A DNA stretch of 64,000 bases from an uncultured Gammaproteobacteria bacterium (GCA_963701335.1 CAVOZR010000001.1:1259620-1323619), one strand, 5' to 3'; positions 19,005 to 29,332 are shown, counted from the first letter of the stretch. Translations and numbers: made by a program. Notes: a model not told the origin generated them from the letters alone.

Positions 19005-21251
19005 CTATTGGGCCGTGTGTGCGCTCATGGAGGCAGCGCTACCCAAGGCCTGCTGCAGGTGTTCGACGAAATCACCCGCTTCCATGTATCCCACGACTTC
19101 GTAGCCATGGCGTTGCTGGCCGTCCGCGCCAAAGAAGATGATCGTCGGCGGGCCAAAAACGCCGAAGCGGCCAAGCAGGGCCTGGTCCGCTGCGTCGTTG
19201 TCGGTGACGTCAGCCTGCAGCCAGACCGTGTTCGAGAGTGCCGCCCGTACCGCATCGTCCGTAAACGTGTAGGCCTCCATCTCCTTGCAGGATACACACC
19301 AGTCCGCGTAGAAATCCAGAAACGCCGTCTTGCCCGCGACCGCGGCGGCCGCCAGTTCACGATCCAGATCATCGACGGTCTTGACCCGCTTGAACGGCAG
19401 CGCATGCTGCTCCTGGACCAGCGACGTTCCGCCGCCGCCGACGTTAACGCTCGCAAGCGGCTGCATCGGATTGCTGCCGCCGGTCAGGGATCCCAACAAC
19501 AGGATGACACCGTAGATGATGGCCAGAAATCCAAAACCCTTGCCGAGCTTCTGCGCAACAGCGGATTCGCTGCTCAGCGTTGTCAGGCCGCCCATGAACA
19601 CGCCGGCCATGAATACCAGTACCGCCCACAACAGCATTGTGACGGTGCCGGGCAGGATGCGTGACAACATCCAGATGGCGAGACCGAGCATCATGAAGCC
19701 GAAAGCATTCTTCACGGCGACCATCCAGGGGCCCGCCTTTGGCAGCAACTTGCCCTGAGCGGCGCCTACCAACAGCAGCGGCGCTCCCATTCCAAGACTC
19801 ATGGCGAACAGGGCGCTGCCGCTTCGCAGCATGTCGCCTGTCTGAGCCATGACCGTCAGGGCAGCGATGAGGGCCGGGGCGACGCAGGCGGTGACGATGA
19901 GGGACGACAACGCCCCCATGACGAAAGCGCCGATCATGGTGCCGCTCTTCTGCTCACCGCTGACACCGGCCAGCTTGCCCTGGATGCTGCCCGGCATTTG
20001 CAGGTCGTAGGCGCCAAACATCCCGAGCGCCAGTACGACGAACAGGCCGGAGAACAATATAAGTATCCAGGGCTGATTGAAAGTTGCCTGCAGCTGCATC
20101 CCGGCGGCGGCGGCGGCGATGCCGGCGCCGGTATAAACCAGCGCCATGCCCATGACGTAACTCAGGGCCAGCGTAAAGCCGCGCATCGGCGTTACGTTAT
20201 CGCCCTCGCCGGCGATAATGCCCGATAGAATCGGCACCATCGGCAATACGCAAGGCGTGAAAGCCAGGCCGAGGCCCGCGAGGAAGAACAGACCGGCAGC
20301 GACCCAGATGCTGGATCCGGTTATGATCCCGGCCAGGCGCGCCTGTTCACTGACGGGCGCGTTGTTCGATGGGAGTTTCGAGAGATCGGAGACGGCAGAC
20401 GCTTCCGGAAGGCTGACCGTGAGCACACGCGTCTGGGGCATGTAACACAATCCGCCCTCGGCGCAGCCCTGATACTTCAACTCGAGCTCGAGATCCATTG
20501 CCCCGGGCGTGGCGCGGGCGATCGCCAGTGGTGCGAGCATGTCTTCGAGATAGACCTCCATCTCTCCGAAGTATTCGTCGACTTTCATCTTGCCCTTGGG
20601 CAGATCGAGCCGACCCGCCTTGGCGCGGTCGCTCAACGAGCGTACGGCGATCTTGTCCTTGTACAGATAGAAGCCGGGGACGACGCGAATACCGACCTCG
20701 ACCGCGTTGCCGTCGATCGGGAACACTTCGGGAAAGAACACCTCGTCGACCGGCGGGAACTCGGTAGTTTCCTTCGTGCCCACCGATCCAAGCGTTAGCT
20801 TTGTGGTGCCGCCTGCGGTCTTTCGGAGCGTCACCGTTTCCGTCCAGGCCTGCGGCGGATAGCAGAGACCCATGTCAGCGCAGCCCTGGCTCCGGATGAC
20901 GAGCTCGACCGACGCCGGACGATCGCCGTTTACGGTGTAGGGAATGGTCACGAAGAAGCGATCACGATAGACCTGTTGCTTGCCGAAGAACTCGTCTTCG
21001 TGCGGCAGGCCCTCGGGAAAATCGGGTTCACCGAGGACGATGCTGCTGTCGCTGGTCGCAAAGCCGAGACGCTTGCGGTACAGGTAGTAGCCATCGGCGA
21101 TCGCCCAGTCGATTTCCAGCGCCGTACCGCTGTCGGCGACGACATATTGAAAGGCCTCGGTTACCGGCAGCGGCTCGTCGTCCGCAAAGGCCGCAACGCT
21201 GAGGCAGGCGGCGATCAGGAGGGGGGCAAAACGGTCTCGTATGGTCGTCAT
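19005..21251 (-). CDS. dsbD: Thiol:disulfide interchange protein DsbD with a duplicated N-terminal alpha domain
   Basis: There are two alpha-like domains, each with CX5C (QGCADMGLC at aa 124/130; QGCAEGGLC at aa 263/269). A TM beta domain and a C-terminal thioredoxin domain (YADWCVSC) follow. Confidence 0.85.
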   Translation of the reverse strand: MTTIRDRFAPLLIAACLSVAAFADDEPLPVTEAFQYVVADSGTALEIDWAIADGYYLYRKRLGFATSDSSIVLGEPDFPEGLPHEDEFFGKQQVYRDRFFVTIPYTVNGDRPASVELVIRSQGCADMGLCYPPQAWTETVTLRKTAGGTTKLTLGSVGTKETTEFPPVDEVFFPEVFPIDGNAVEVGIRVVPGFYLYKDKIAVRSLSDRAKAGRLDLPKGKMKVDEYFGEMEVYLEDMLAPLAIARATPGAMDLELELKYQGCAEGGLCYMPQTRVLTVSLPEASAVSDLSKLPSNNAPVSEQARLAGIITGSSIWVAAGLFFLAGLGLAFTPCVLPMVPILSGIIAGEGDNVTPMRGFTLALSYVMGMALVYTGAGIAAAAAGMQLQATFNQPWILILFSGLFVVLALGMFGAYDLQMPGSIQGKLAGVSGEQKSGTMIGAFVMGALSSLIVTACVAPALIAALTVMAQTGDMLRSGSALFAMSLGMGAPLLLVGAAQGKLLPKAGPWMVAVKNAFGFMMLGLAIWMLSRILPGTVTMLLWAVLVFMAGVFMGGLTTLSSESAVAQKLGKGFGFLAIIYGVILLLGSLTGGSNPMQPLASVNVGGGGTSLVQEQHALPFKRVKTVDDLDRELAAAAVAGKTAFLDFYADWCVSCKEMEAYTFTDDAVRAALSNTVWLQADVTDNDAADQALLGRFGVFGPPTIIFFGADGQQRHGYEVVGYMEAGDFVEHLQQALGSAASMSAHTAQ

Positions 21252-21382
21252 AGGCGTCGCAAGAATGGCTTTCAGGGCGGTTGCTGCAGGTTAAGACCTG
21301 TCGGGCGTGGCGAATGTTACTCCAAACCGCGCCGCTGTCCCGGATACAGGTCCGATTTTGCGCGAAAAGTACGCCACCAAGG

Positions 21383-21410
21383 CTTGTAATTTCGTTGGCC
21401 AACCCTATCA
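21383..21410 (+). promoter_or_regulatory. Sigma32-like heat-shock promoter candidate (CTTGTAA-N13-CCCTATCA)
   Basis: It resembles the CTTGAAA-N13/14-CCCCATNT consensus and lies about 95 nt upstream of groES. Confidence 0.4.
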
Positions 21411-21437
21411 TTAGCACTCCTCGTGGCCGAGTGCTAA
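21411..21437 (+). promoter_or_regulatory. CIRCE operator (HrcA binding site): TTAGCACTC-N9-GAGTGCTAA
   Basis: It is a perfect match to the CIRCE inverted-repeat consensus, 66 nt upstream of the groES ATG. Confidence 0.85.
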
Positions 21438-21502
21438 CAACGCTCGTCCCGGAATCCGATAGAAATCGGTTTTACATCAACAACTTATAGGAGTTCAGCA
21501 CC

Positions 21503-21793
21503 ATGAAGATGCGTCCGCTTCATGATCGGGTCATAGTCAAGCGTATGGAAGAAGAGCGCACATCGCCCGGCGGAATCGTCATTCCCGACGCTGCGGCTGA
21601 GAAGCCCATCAAGGGAGAAGTCATCGCGATTGGCAATGGCAAGATTCTCGACAACGGCGATGTCCGTGTGCTCGATGTCAAGGTCGGCGACAAGGTCCTG
21701 TTCGGCAAATATGCCGGCACCGAAGTCAAGGTTGAAGGCGAAGAACTGCTGGTGATGAAGGAAGACGACATCATGGCGGTTATCGAGGGCTAA
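21503..21793 (+). CDS. groES: Co-chaperonin GroES
   Basis: [18 protein letters not shown]...GGIVIPD. Confidence 0.97.
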   Translation: MKMRPLHDRVIVKRMEEERTSPGGIVIPDAAAEKPIKGEVIAIGNGKILDNGDVRVLDVKVGDKVLFGKYAGTEVKVEGEELLVMKEDDIMAVIEG

Positions 21794-23515
<1,722 letters not shown>

Positions 23516-23554
23516 TAGCGGCGAAAGTCGCGAAGTCACCCTTCGCAAGACAGG

Positions 23555-23581
23555 AAAGCCCGGCTCTGCCGGGCTTTTTTG
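23555..23581 (+). terminator. Rho-independent terminator after groEL
   Basis: AAAGCCCGGC-tct-GCCGGGCTTT followed by a T-run. Confidence 0.7.
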
Positions 23582-23788
23582 TGCCTGCCCCGGGGAGGCC
23601 GGGATCATTGGTCGACAAGCCGGAGTCCGCGGCAAGCGACATTGTGCAGGTTTCCGAAAAACAGATTCCGTGAATTCATGGAATCCTGTCAATCCGAGCA
23701 TGCACGAATGGATTTATTGCAGGACAGGCGTAAAAAAGATGTGCTGGCGGAGGATTGCCAGCTATGCAATGGGAAGGAGGTGTGTCAC

Positions 23789-24277
23789 ATGTCAATCCTG
23801 CGAAAAATCGAGCCCCGCGAAAGGGCGATTGATGTAAGACGGACGGCGCCTCTCGCCCGCAGCATGGAGGAGTTCTTCGAGGACTTCCCACCACGCCGCT
23901 GGATGGAGACGTTTGAGCCCTTTGGCTGGAAGAGGCCGAGAGGCATCGATATGGAGCGGAGTTTCCGCCTCGATGTCATTGACCGCGACAAAGAGCTCGT
24001 TGTCCGTGGCGAACTGCCCGGCATAGAGAAAGACGACGTCGAGGTTACGATCTCGGGCAGCCGCCTGATGATCGAGGCCGAGAGGGAGTTCGAGGAAGTT
24101 GATGAAAAGGAGGAGTTCTACAGGCACGAACTCGGATACGGCAAGCTCATGAGAACCGTGGCATTGCCGGAAGAAGTGGACGTCGACAACGTTCGCGCCG
24201 AGCTGAAGGAAGGAATCCTTGAAATCACGCTTCCGAAAATCCGGGCGGCGGAAAGACACACAGTTAAAGTCGCCTGA
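23789..24277 (+). CDS. Hsp20/alpha-crystallin family small heat-shock protein
   Basis: A GGAAGGAGG RBS lies 8 nt upstream of the ATG. The alpha-crystallin domain reads DVIDRDKELVVRGELPG...LKEGILEITLPK. Confidence 0.9.
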   Translation: MSILRKIEPRERAIDVRRTAPLARSMEEFFEDFPPRRWMETFEPFGWKRPRGIDMERSFRLDVIDRDKELVVRGELPGIEKDDVEVTISGSRLMIEAEREFEEVDEKEEFYRHELGYGKLMRTVALPEEVDVDNVRAELKEGILEITLPKIRAAERHTVKVA

Positions 24278-24300
24278 CGATTCAATGGCTGTGTGATATT

Positions 24301-24331
24301 GCCGGGACGGCTGCGGCCGCCCCGGCTTTTA
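24301..24331 (+). terminator. Hairpin plus T-run after the hsp20 gene (in the convergent gap with msrQ)
   Basis: GCCGGGaCGGC-tgcg-GCCGcCCCGGC followed by TTTT. Confidence 0.5.
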
Positions 24332-24949
24332 TATACGCGCCAGACGCTGCCGGCGTCGCTGCCAGCTCCAGGCGAGACGAGCACCGAGTAATACCGCGAG
24401 AATCCCCGCATAGATCAGGGGTTCGGTAATGTCCTGTTTGACCTGCCACCAGTAGTGCCAGACCCCCAGTATGGCGATGACATAGGTTGCGTTGTGCAGC
24501 GTCTGCCAGCGTCGTCCGAGGCGCCGACGCATGCCGTCCGTGGAGGTCACGGCGAGGGCCGTCAGCAATACGAATGCCGCAAAGCCAATGGTGATGAAGG
24601 GTCTCTCAGTCAGGTCCTCGAGAATCGCCGACAATAGAACGCCCTGATCGAGTATTAGCCAGGTCAGGAAGTGTACGAGTACATAAGAGAACGTAAACAG
24701 GCCGAACATCCGCCGAAAGCGAGACAGCCAGTTCCAGCCCGTTAGCCGCCGCAGCGGCGTTACGGCGAGCGTGATCATGATGAAACGCAGCGCCCAGTTG
24801 CCGAAACGGTCGAGAATCTCCTCCACCTGGTTGGCACCGAGTCGTCCGGTCAGCTCAAGGGCATCGGTGACGACCAGGATCGCGGGAAGCAGGCAGAGCA
24901 AAAAAACGACGGGTTTCCATATCCGTCGAATCTGTTCGAGCGTATTCAC
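24329..24949 (-). CDS. msrQ: Protein-methionine-sulfoxide reductase heme-binding subunit MsrQ (YedZ)
   Basis: The GTG start lies 6 nt after the msrP stop. It is a 6-TM ferric-reductase-like protein with conserved His residues (VLVHFLTW, ILGVWHYWW). Confidence 0.85.
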   Translation of the reverse strand: MNTLEQIRRIWKPVVFLLCLLPAILVVTDALELTGRLGANQVEEILDRFGNWALRFIMITLAVTPLRRLTGWNWLSRFRRMFGLFTFSYVLVHFLTWLILDQGVLLSAILEDLTERPFITIGFAAFVLLTALAVTSTDGMRRRLGRRWQTLHNATYVIAILGVWHYWWQVKQDITEPLIYAGILAVLLGARLAWSWQRRRQRLARI

Positions 24950-24957
24950 GCGAACGT

Positions 24958-25917
24958 CTAGAAGTTGCGGCGCAGGTCGAGATCTTTGTAAAGATGTGCA
25001 ACCTGTTCGCCATAGCCGTTGAACATCAGCGTTGGCTGCTTGGCAGCGAACAGGCCGGCACCGATACGACGCTCGCGCGCCTGGCTCCAACGCGGATGGT
25101 CTACCTCGGGGTTGACGTTTGCGTAAAAGCCGTACTCCCGTGGCTGCGCCATATTCCAGCTGTTTTTCGGCCGGCTCTCGGTAAAACGCATGCGCACAAT
25201 GCCTTTGATACCCTTGAAGCCGTATTTCCAGGGCACGACAAGGCGTATCGGAGCGCCGTTCTGGTTTGGCAGCACTTCGCCATAGAGTCCGACCGCCAAT
25301 ATCGCAAGGGGATTCGTCGCCTCGGCAATCGTCAGTCCTTCGCGGTAGGGCCAGTCGAGCGAGCCACGGCGAATGCCCGGCATGCGCGACGCGTCGTTCA
25401 GGGTCTCGAATGCGACATAGTTTGCTTTTGACGTTGGCTTGAAATGTTTAACAACGTCGGCCAGCGAAATACCAACCCAGGGAATAACCATCGACCAGGC
25501 TTCGACGCAGCGCATACGATAGATACGTTCTTCGAGATCGAAAGGCCTGACGAAATCCTCGAAGTCGAAGGTGCCCGTTTTCTCGCATTCTCCGTCCACG
25601 GCGATCGACCAGGGCCGTGGCTGGAATTCCTGCGAGTTCTCGAACGGGTCGGCCTTGCCGGTGCCGAATTCGTAGTAGTTGTTATAAGTGCTTATGTCCT
25701 CATAGCTGTTTGCTTCTTCGTCAGTGCTGAAACGACTCTTGCCGACGTCAGGCAATTTTGCGCGACGCACGGCCGGGACGATGGCGCCCAGCGCCGACGC
25801 GCCCACCAGCGAGCCGCCGATAGCCGCGCCCGCCTGCATGAACGTTCGACGATTGAGGTAGTTCTCTCTGCTCGTAATCTCGGACGGACGAATGTCCGAC
25901 GGCTTCTTTATCAACAC
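24958..25917 (-). CDS. msrP: Protein-methionine-sulfoxide reductase catalytic subunit MsrP (YedY), Tat-exported molybdoenzyme
   Basis: A GTG start follows a GGGAGA RBS. There is a Tat motif (NRRTFMQAG) and a sulfite-oxidase-fold region (RMRCVEAWSMVIPWVG). Confidence 0.9.
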   Translation of the reverse strand: MLIKKPSDIRPSEITSRENYLNRRTFMQAGAAIGGSLVGASALGAIVPAVRRAKLPDVGKSRFSTDEEANSYEDISTYNNYYEFGTGKADPFENSQEFQPRPWSIAVDGECEKTGTFDFEDFVRPFDLEERIYRMRCVEAWSMVIPWVGISLADVVKHFKPTSKANYVAFETLNDASRMPGIRRGSLDWPYREGLTIAEATNPLAILAVGLYGEVLPNQNGAPIRLVVPWKYGFKGIKGIVRMRFTESRPKNSWNMAQPREYGFYANVNPEVDHPRWSQARERRIGAGLFAAKQPTLMFNGYGEQVAHLYKDLDLRRNF

Positions 25918-25993
25918 GCAACGTCTCCCAGATACAGACCCGAATATTAAGACCGGACTTTCACCGCAAATATTGCACATTTCGGCGCCCGGG

Positions 25994-26440
25994 GTGATTC
26001 TTACGACTTGTGTTACCGGGAGTGCTGACGTCAAACCCCGCATCATCCCCGATCCGAGCCGGGTACTCCTGCTGTACTACGGCGCAACGGTCGCCTTCCT
26101 GCTGCTGGACTTTTGCCTGGGCTTCAACGTGCGTGTCGCGTTTCTGCAGCCGTATCCGGAGGCGCGGCTGGCCTATTACGGCGTCTGCTTCGTCTGTCTT
26201 GGCCTCATGCTCTGGCGCCCGGCGTGGACCGTCCTGATTGGCGCTTTCGAGTCGATCGTCACGCTGTCCGCACTGATTATCAGCATGGGCATGCGGACGT
26301 TGCTGGTCTCGGATCTCGTGTTGGAGACCGGCGCTGGCGTAATTACGGTGCCTGAGATCTGGAATTTCCTGATCTCTGGCGGCGTCGCCTATCTTGCCTG
26401 GGTGCGGGGCGTCAATCAGCTAAAAGGCCGCAAGTTCTGA
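25994..26440 (+). CDS. Hypothetical small integral membrane protein (about 4 TM); start uncertain
   Basis: The ORF is hydrophobic, has GC-rich codon usage and is divergent from msrP. No family was recognised, and the GTG start was chosen arbitrarily. Confidence 0.4.
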   Translation: MILTTCVTGSADVKPRIIPDPSRVLLLYYGATVAFLLLDFCLGFNVRVAFLQPYPEARLAYYGVCFVCLGLMLWRPAWTVLIGAFESIVTLSALIISMGMRTLLVSDLVLETGAGVITVPEIWNFLISGGVAYLAWVRGVNQLKGRKF

Positions 26441-26857
26441 TTATTTCGATTAAAAATACGTTAAAATCTCGAAAAATGACCAGTAATCCGACTGATTGCG
26501 AGGAGAGGCGGATGCTCGGCCGTCGTCGAGCCCAAAAACCATGCGAAGACATGGCTAAAACCCGAAAAATGTCGAAAATATTCATTAAAAGTAATTAAAA
26601 TCCTCTAAAATATCGATTAACGAGAGATTTCGAAAAGACTTGGGTCGCCCCGTGCGTTACTTCCATTTTGCCCCTTTTTTGAATAAATAAGCGAATTTAA
26701 GAGAAATTAGCGACAAAAGTTGAAAACTTCTTTGAATTGTCACCGTAATAGCCAAACTTTTCGGTCCATCACGGCGTCAAACATTTACAAGCGCGCCGTT
26801 CAGGCCGGGTTCAAGCCTGAGCCGCTAAGGTTGATATTGTCGCCATAGCCCCAAGGT

Positions 26858-27607
26858 ATGCGCTTGATGAGGAGGATTGAACCGGTGGGTGAACGACTTT
26901 CCAACACAGTTCGAAGCGACGATCGAATCACGTCAGCGGCCTTATTGAGCGTCGAGGTGATTGCCGATTTCGTGTGCCCGTTCTGTTTCATCGGGAAACG
27001 ACGATTCGAGGCGGCGCTGAAGGCCGTAAGAGGGCCTTCGGAAGTAAGCTGGTATCCGTTTCAGCTCAACCCCGAAATTCCGCCCGAAGGTCTGCCTTTC
27101 GATGACTACCTGACGCGCCGTTTTGGCAGCCTGGCGAACGTGCAGCCGGTGCTCGACCACCTGACGAAAGAGGGCCGGGAGGTTGGCATCGATTTTCGTT
27201 TTGACGAGATTCGACACGTTCCCAATACGCTGTCCATACACCAGCTCATGTACCTGGCCGAGACGAAGCAGCTTGATCAGTCTGCGCTTGCCGAAGACCT
27301 GCTGTCTGCTTTTTTCGAGCAGGGCCGCAACACCGGGGACAGGGAAGAGCTGATCGAAATCGCCGGCAGGCACGCCATCTCGGCCGCCGAGCTTGACGAG
27401 GCGATCGAGACCGATGAGATTCGTCAGATCGTCCTCAGTCGCGAACGACAGGTGCGGGGCAGCGGCATTGCAGGGGTTCCCGGGTTTCTGCTGAACCGAC
27501 GATTGCTGGTGGTTGGCGCCCAGAGCACCGAAACGTTCGTCAATGCGTTCGACCAGGCGATGTTCGGCGAGGGCAACGATGCGCTGGTATCACCGGCCCT
27601 TCATTAG
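26858..27607 (+). CDS. DsbA-family oxidoreductase (FrnE / 2-hydroxychromene-2-carboxylate isomerase-like)
   Basis: VEVIADFVCPFCFIGKRRFE is the CPFC motif at the N-terminus of a DsbA-like thioredoxin fold. GVPGFLLN occurs near the C-terminus. Confidence 0.75.
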   Translation: MRLMRRIEPVGERLSNTVRSDDRITSAALLSVEVIADFVCPFCFIGKRRFEAALKAVRGPSEVSWYPFQLNPEIPPEGLPFDDYLTRRFGSLANVQPVLDHLTKEGREVGIDFRFDEIRHVPNTLSIHQLMYLAETKQLDQSALAEDLLSAFFEQGRNTGDREELIEIAGRHAISAAELDEAIETDEIRQIVLSRERQVRGSGIAGVPGFLLNRRLLVVGAQSTETFVNAFDQAMFGEGNDALVSPALH

Positions 27608-28534
27608 CCAATCCAACATCAGGCGATTGACTTCATCCGGCTGCTCCTGCTGGCTCCAGTGGCCACAGCGCTTCAGCGTGTGAATTTCCAGATCAGGCAC
27701 CAGCGGTATCATGCCGGCGATGTGTTCGGGAGCGATCAGCACGTCGTTGTCGGCGCCAATAAAAAGGGTGGGAATGCGTATCGTATGATCCACGCCCTCC
27801 AGTCGCTGCCAGTTGCGCGTCCAGTTTCGATACCAGTTGATTGGCCCGGTAAAACCGCTCACCGTGAAAGCCGATGCGTAGTAGCTGCGCTCAGCGTCTG
27901 TGAGGAGTCTCTCGCCGCCATGCTCGTTCTTCGACAGTGCATTAACCAGGCTAGGCACCTTTGCTCTGGCGGGTAGCTTGTCGAAGCGTCCCCTGGTGAT
28001 CTGGTTTCGCCGCATCGTAACGTCGAAGAAGCGCGCCGGGTCGCTGGCGAAGGCCCGGTCTGCTTCGTCGGAGTCCTGAAAGTTGACGATGTAAAAATCG
28101 CTGCCATAGCGTTTCCGCCAGATCGAAATTGGATCCTCGCTCGACCTCGGATAATGGGGGATATTCAATATGACGAGACGTTCGATTCGCGCAGGCGCGA
28201 GCATCGCCATCTGCCATAGCAACAAAGCGCCCCAGTCGTGGCCAACGAAGGTGGCGCTGGCAAGACCCAGCGCATCCAGCAGGCCGTGTACGTCACCGAT
28301 CAGTTCATCGACCCGGTAATCCGATACTTGCGGTGGTACGCTGGAGTATCCGTAGCCGCGCTGGTCCGGTGCAATTGCGCGAAAACCGGCCGCGGCCAGC
28401 GCGGGCAACTGGTGGCGCCATGAGAAAGCCAGTTCGGGAAAACCGTGTAGCAGGATGACGGCAGGCCCGTCACCCTGCTCATAGACGGCCATGCGGATGC
28501 CGTTGGTGTCGACGAAGTAGGGATCGGGAAACAT
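27590..28534 (-). CDS. Alpha/beta hydrolase, epoxide-hydrolase-like
   Basis: LLHGFPELAFSWRHQ (HGFP oxyanion motif), the nucleophile elbow VGHDWGA, and a C-terminal CGHWSQQE. Confidence 0.8.
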   Translation of the reverse strand: MFPDPYFVDTNGIRMAVYEQGDGPAVILLHGFPELAFSWRHQLPALAAAGFRAIAPDQRGYGYSSVPPQVSDYRVDELIGDVHGLLDALGLASATFVGHDWGALLLWQMAMLAPARIERLVILNIPHYPRSSEDPISIWRKRYGSDFYIVNFQDSDEADRAFASDPARFFDVTMRRNQITRGRFDKLPARAKVPSLVNALSKNEHGGERLLTDAERSYYASAFTVSGFTGPINWYRNWTRNWQRLEGVDHTIRIPTLFIGADNDVLIAPEHIAGMIPLVPDLEIHTLKRCGHWSQQEQPDEVNRLMLDWLMKGR

Positions 28535-28636
28535 GCCTGCCAGTCTGACAGGATTGGCGAAAAATCCAAAAGATTAGGGACAGCGGTGCCGGTATTTGAG
28601 TATTCCGACATGATGAAACGCCAAAGGAAGCAATAG

Positions 28637-28969
28637 ATGCAGGACATGCGTCGGCGGCTGCTGCAACTGCGTTCTGAACTCCAGGCGGAAGCAGAATCGG
28701 CCGAAGGATCCACCGATATCGTCGAACTTGATCAGTCAACGGTGGGTCGTTTGTCGCGGATGGATGCGATGCAGGCCCAGGCAATGGCCAAGGCGTCCGA
28801 GCAGCGGCGCCAGGCCACCTTGCAGAGGATCGCCGCGGCACTCCGGCGTATCGACGACGGCGAATATGGCGTCTGCCGTGGATGCGCTGAGCCCATCAAT
28901 CAGAAGCGCCTGGACGTTGATCCCGCGGTGCTGCTCTGCGTTGACTGCGCGAGTCGCTCAGAACGATAG
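28637..28969 (+). CDS. TraR/DksA-family C4 zinc-finger protein
   Basis: A coiled N-terminus precedes CRGCAEPI...LLCVDCAS. Confidence 0.75.
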   Translation: MQDMRRRLLQLRSELQAEAESAEGSTDIVELDQSTVGRLSRMDAMQAQAMAKASEQRRQATLQRIAAALRRIDDGEYGVCRGCAEPINQKRLDVDPAVLLCVDCASRSER

Positions 28970-29003
28970 GGACAGCTTTCGCCAGCTTTTTCCGTGGTTT
29001 CCC

Positions 29004-29032
29004 TTGTGTTTTGCGGCGCTGGCAAGTAATTT
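29004..29032 (+). promoter_or_regulatory. Sigma70-like promoter candidate for the ileS leader (TTGTGT-N17-TAATTT)
   Basis: The hexamers and 17-nt spacer were read directly. The implied transcription start lies just 5' of the predicted T-box Stem I. Confidence 0.35.
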
Positions 29033-29039
29033 CCCCGGC

Positions 29040-29315
29040 AAGACGCTGAAGGGGACAAACAGGCAGCCCGCTTGGGCCAAAGCGACCGGAGGATGGTGAG
29101 AGCTCCGGGCTCGAGTCTGCCGAATATCACCCCGGAGTCGCCGCCCGAAAGGACCTTCCGAGTAAGTGCGGCCGAGTGGCTCACGAGACGAGCGACGGAC
29201 CCTGGCTTCTGGCCAAAGGTCCCGAGGCGGCAGTGGATGTGAGCCGCGAAACCGGGTGGTACCGCGACGAACAGTGATCGCCCCGGGTGCAGTTGATGCG
29301 CCCGGGGCGTTTTTG
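29040..29315 (+). promoter_or_regulatory. T-box riboswitch leader, Ile-specific (AUC specifier), transcription-attenuation type
   Basis: The T-box sequence GGGUGGUACCGCG is at 29254-29266. The antiterminator helices are CCGGG 29252-56 / CCCGG 29282-86 and GCG 29264-66 / CGC 29279-81, flanking the 7-nt bulge UGGUACC. Stem I has an AG bulge AGCGA (29081-85) and a distal helix 29086-91 / 29103-08 whose loop contains GGUGAGA. The specifier loop reads GAA-AUC-A (29122-29129). A competing terminator follows. Confidence 0.85.
29279..29315 (+). terminator. Intrinsic terminator of the T-box leader
   Basis: CGCCCCGGG (29279-87) pairs with CCCGGGGCG (29301-09), followed by T5. Its 5' arm is shared with the antiterminator. 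Confidence 0.85.
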
Positions 29316-29332
29316 TATTTGAGGATCCTATT

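Noticed and set aside
26476-26598. 40-codon basic ORF in the AT-rich island as a real gene
   Set aside because: It has no Shine-Dalgarno sequence, its codon usage is unlike the rest of the window, and no family was recognised. It is mentioned under the AT-rich finding only.
26795-26830. tRNA-like T-arm (CAGGC-CGGGTTCAA-GCCTG)
   Set aside because: The loop is 9 nt rather than 7. No acceptor, D or anticodon arms can be drawn in the flanking sequence.
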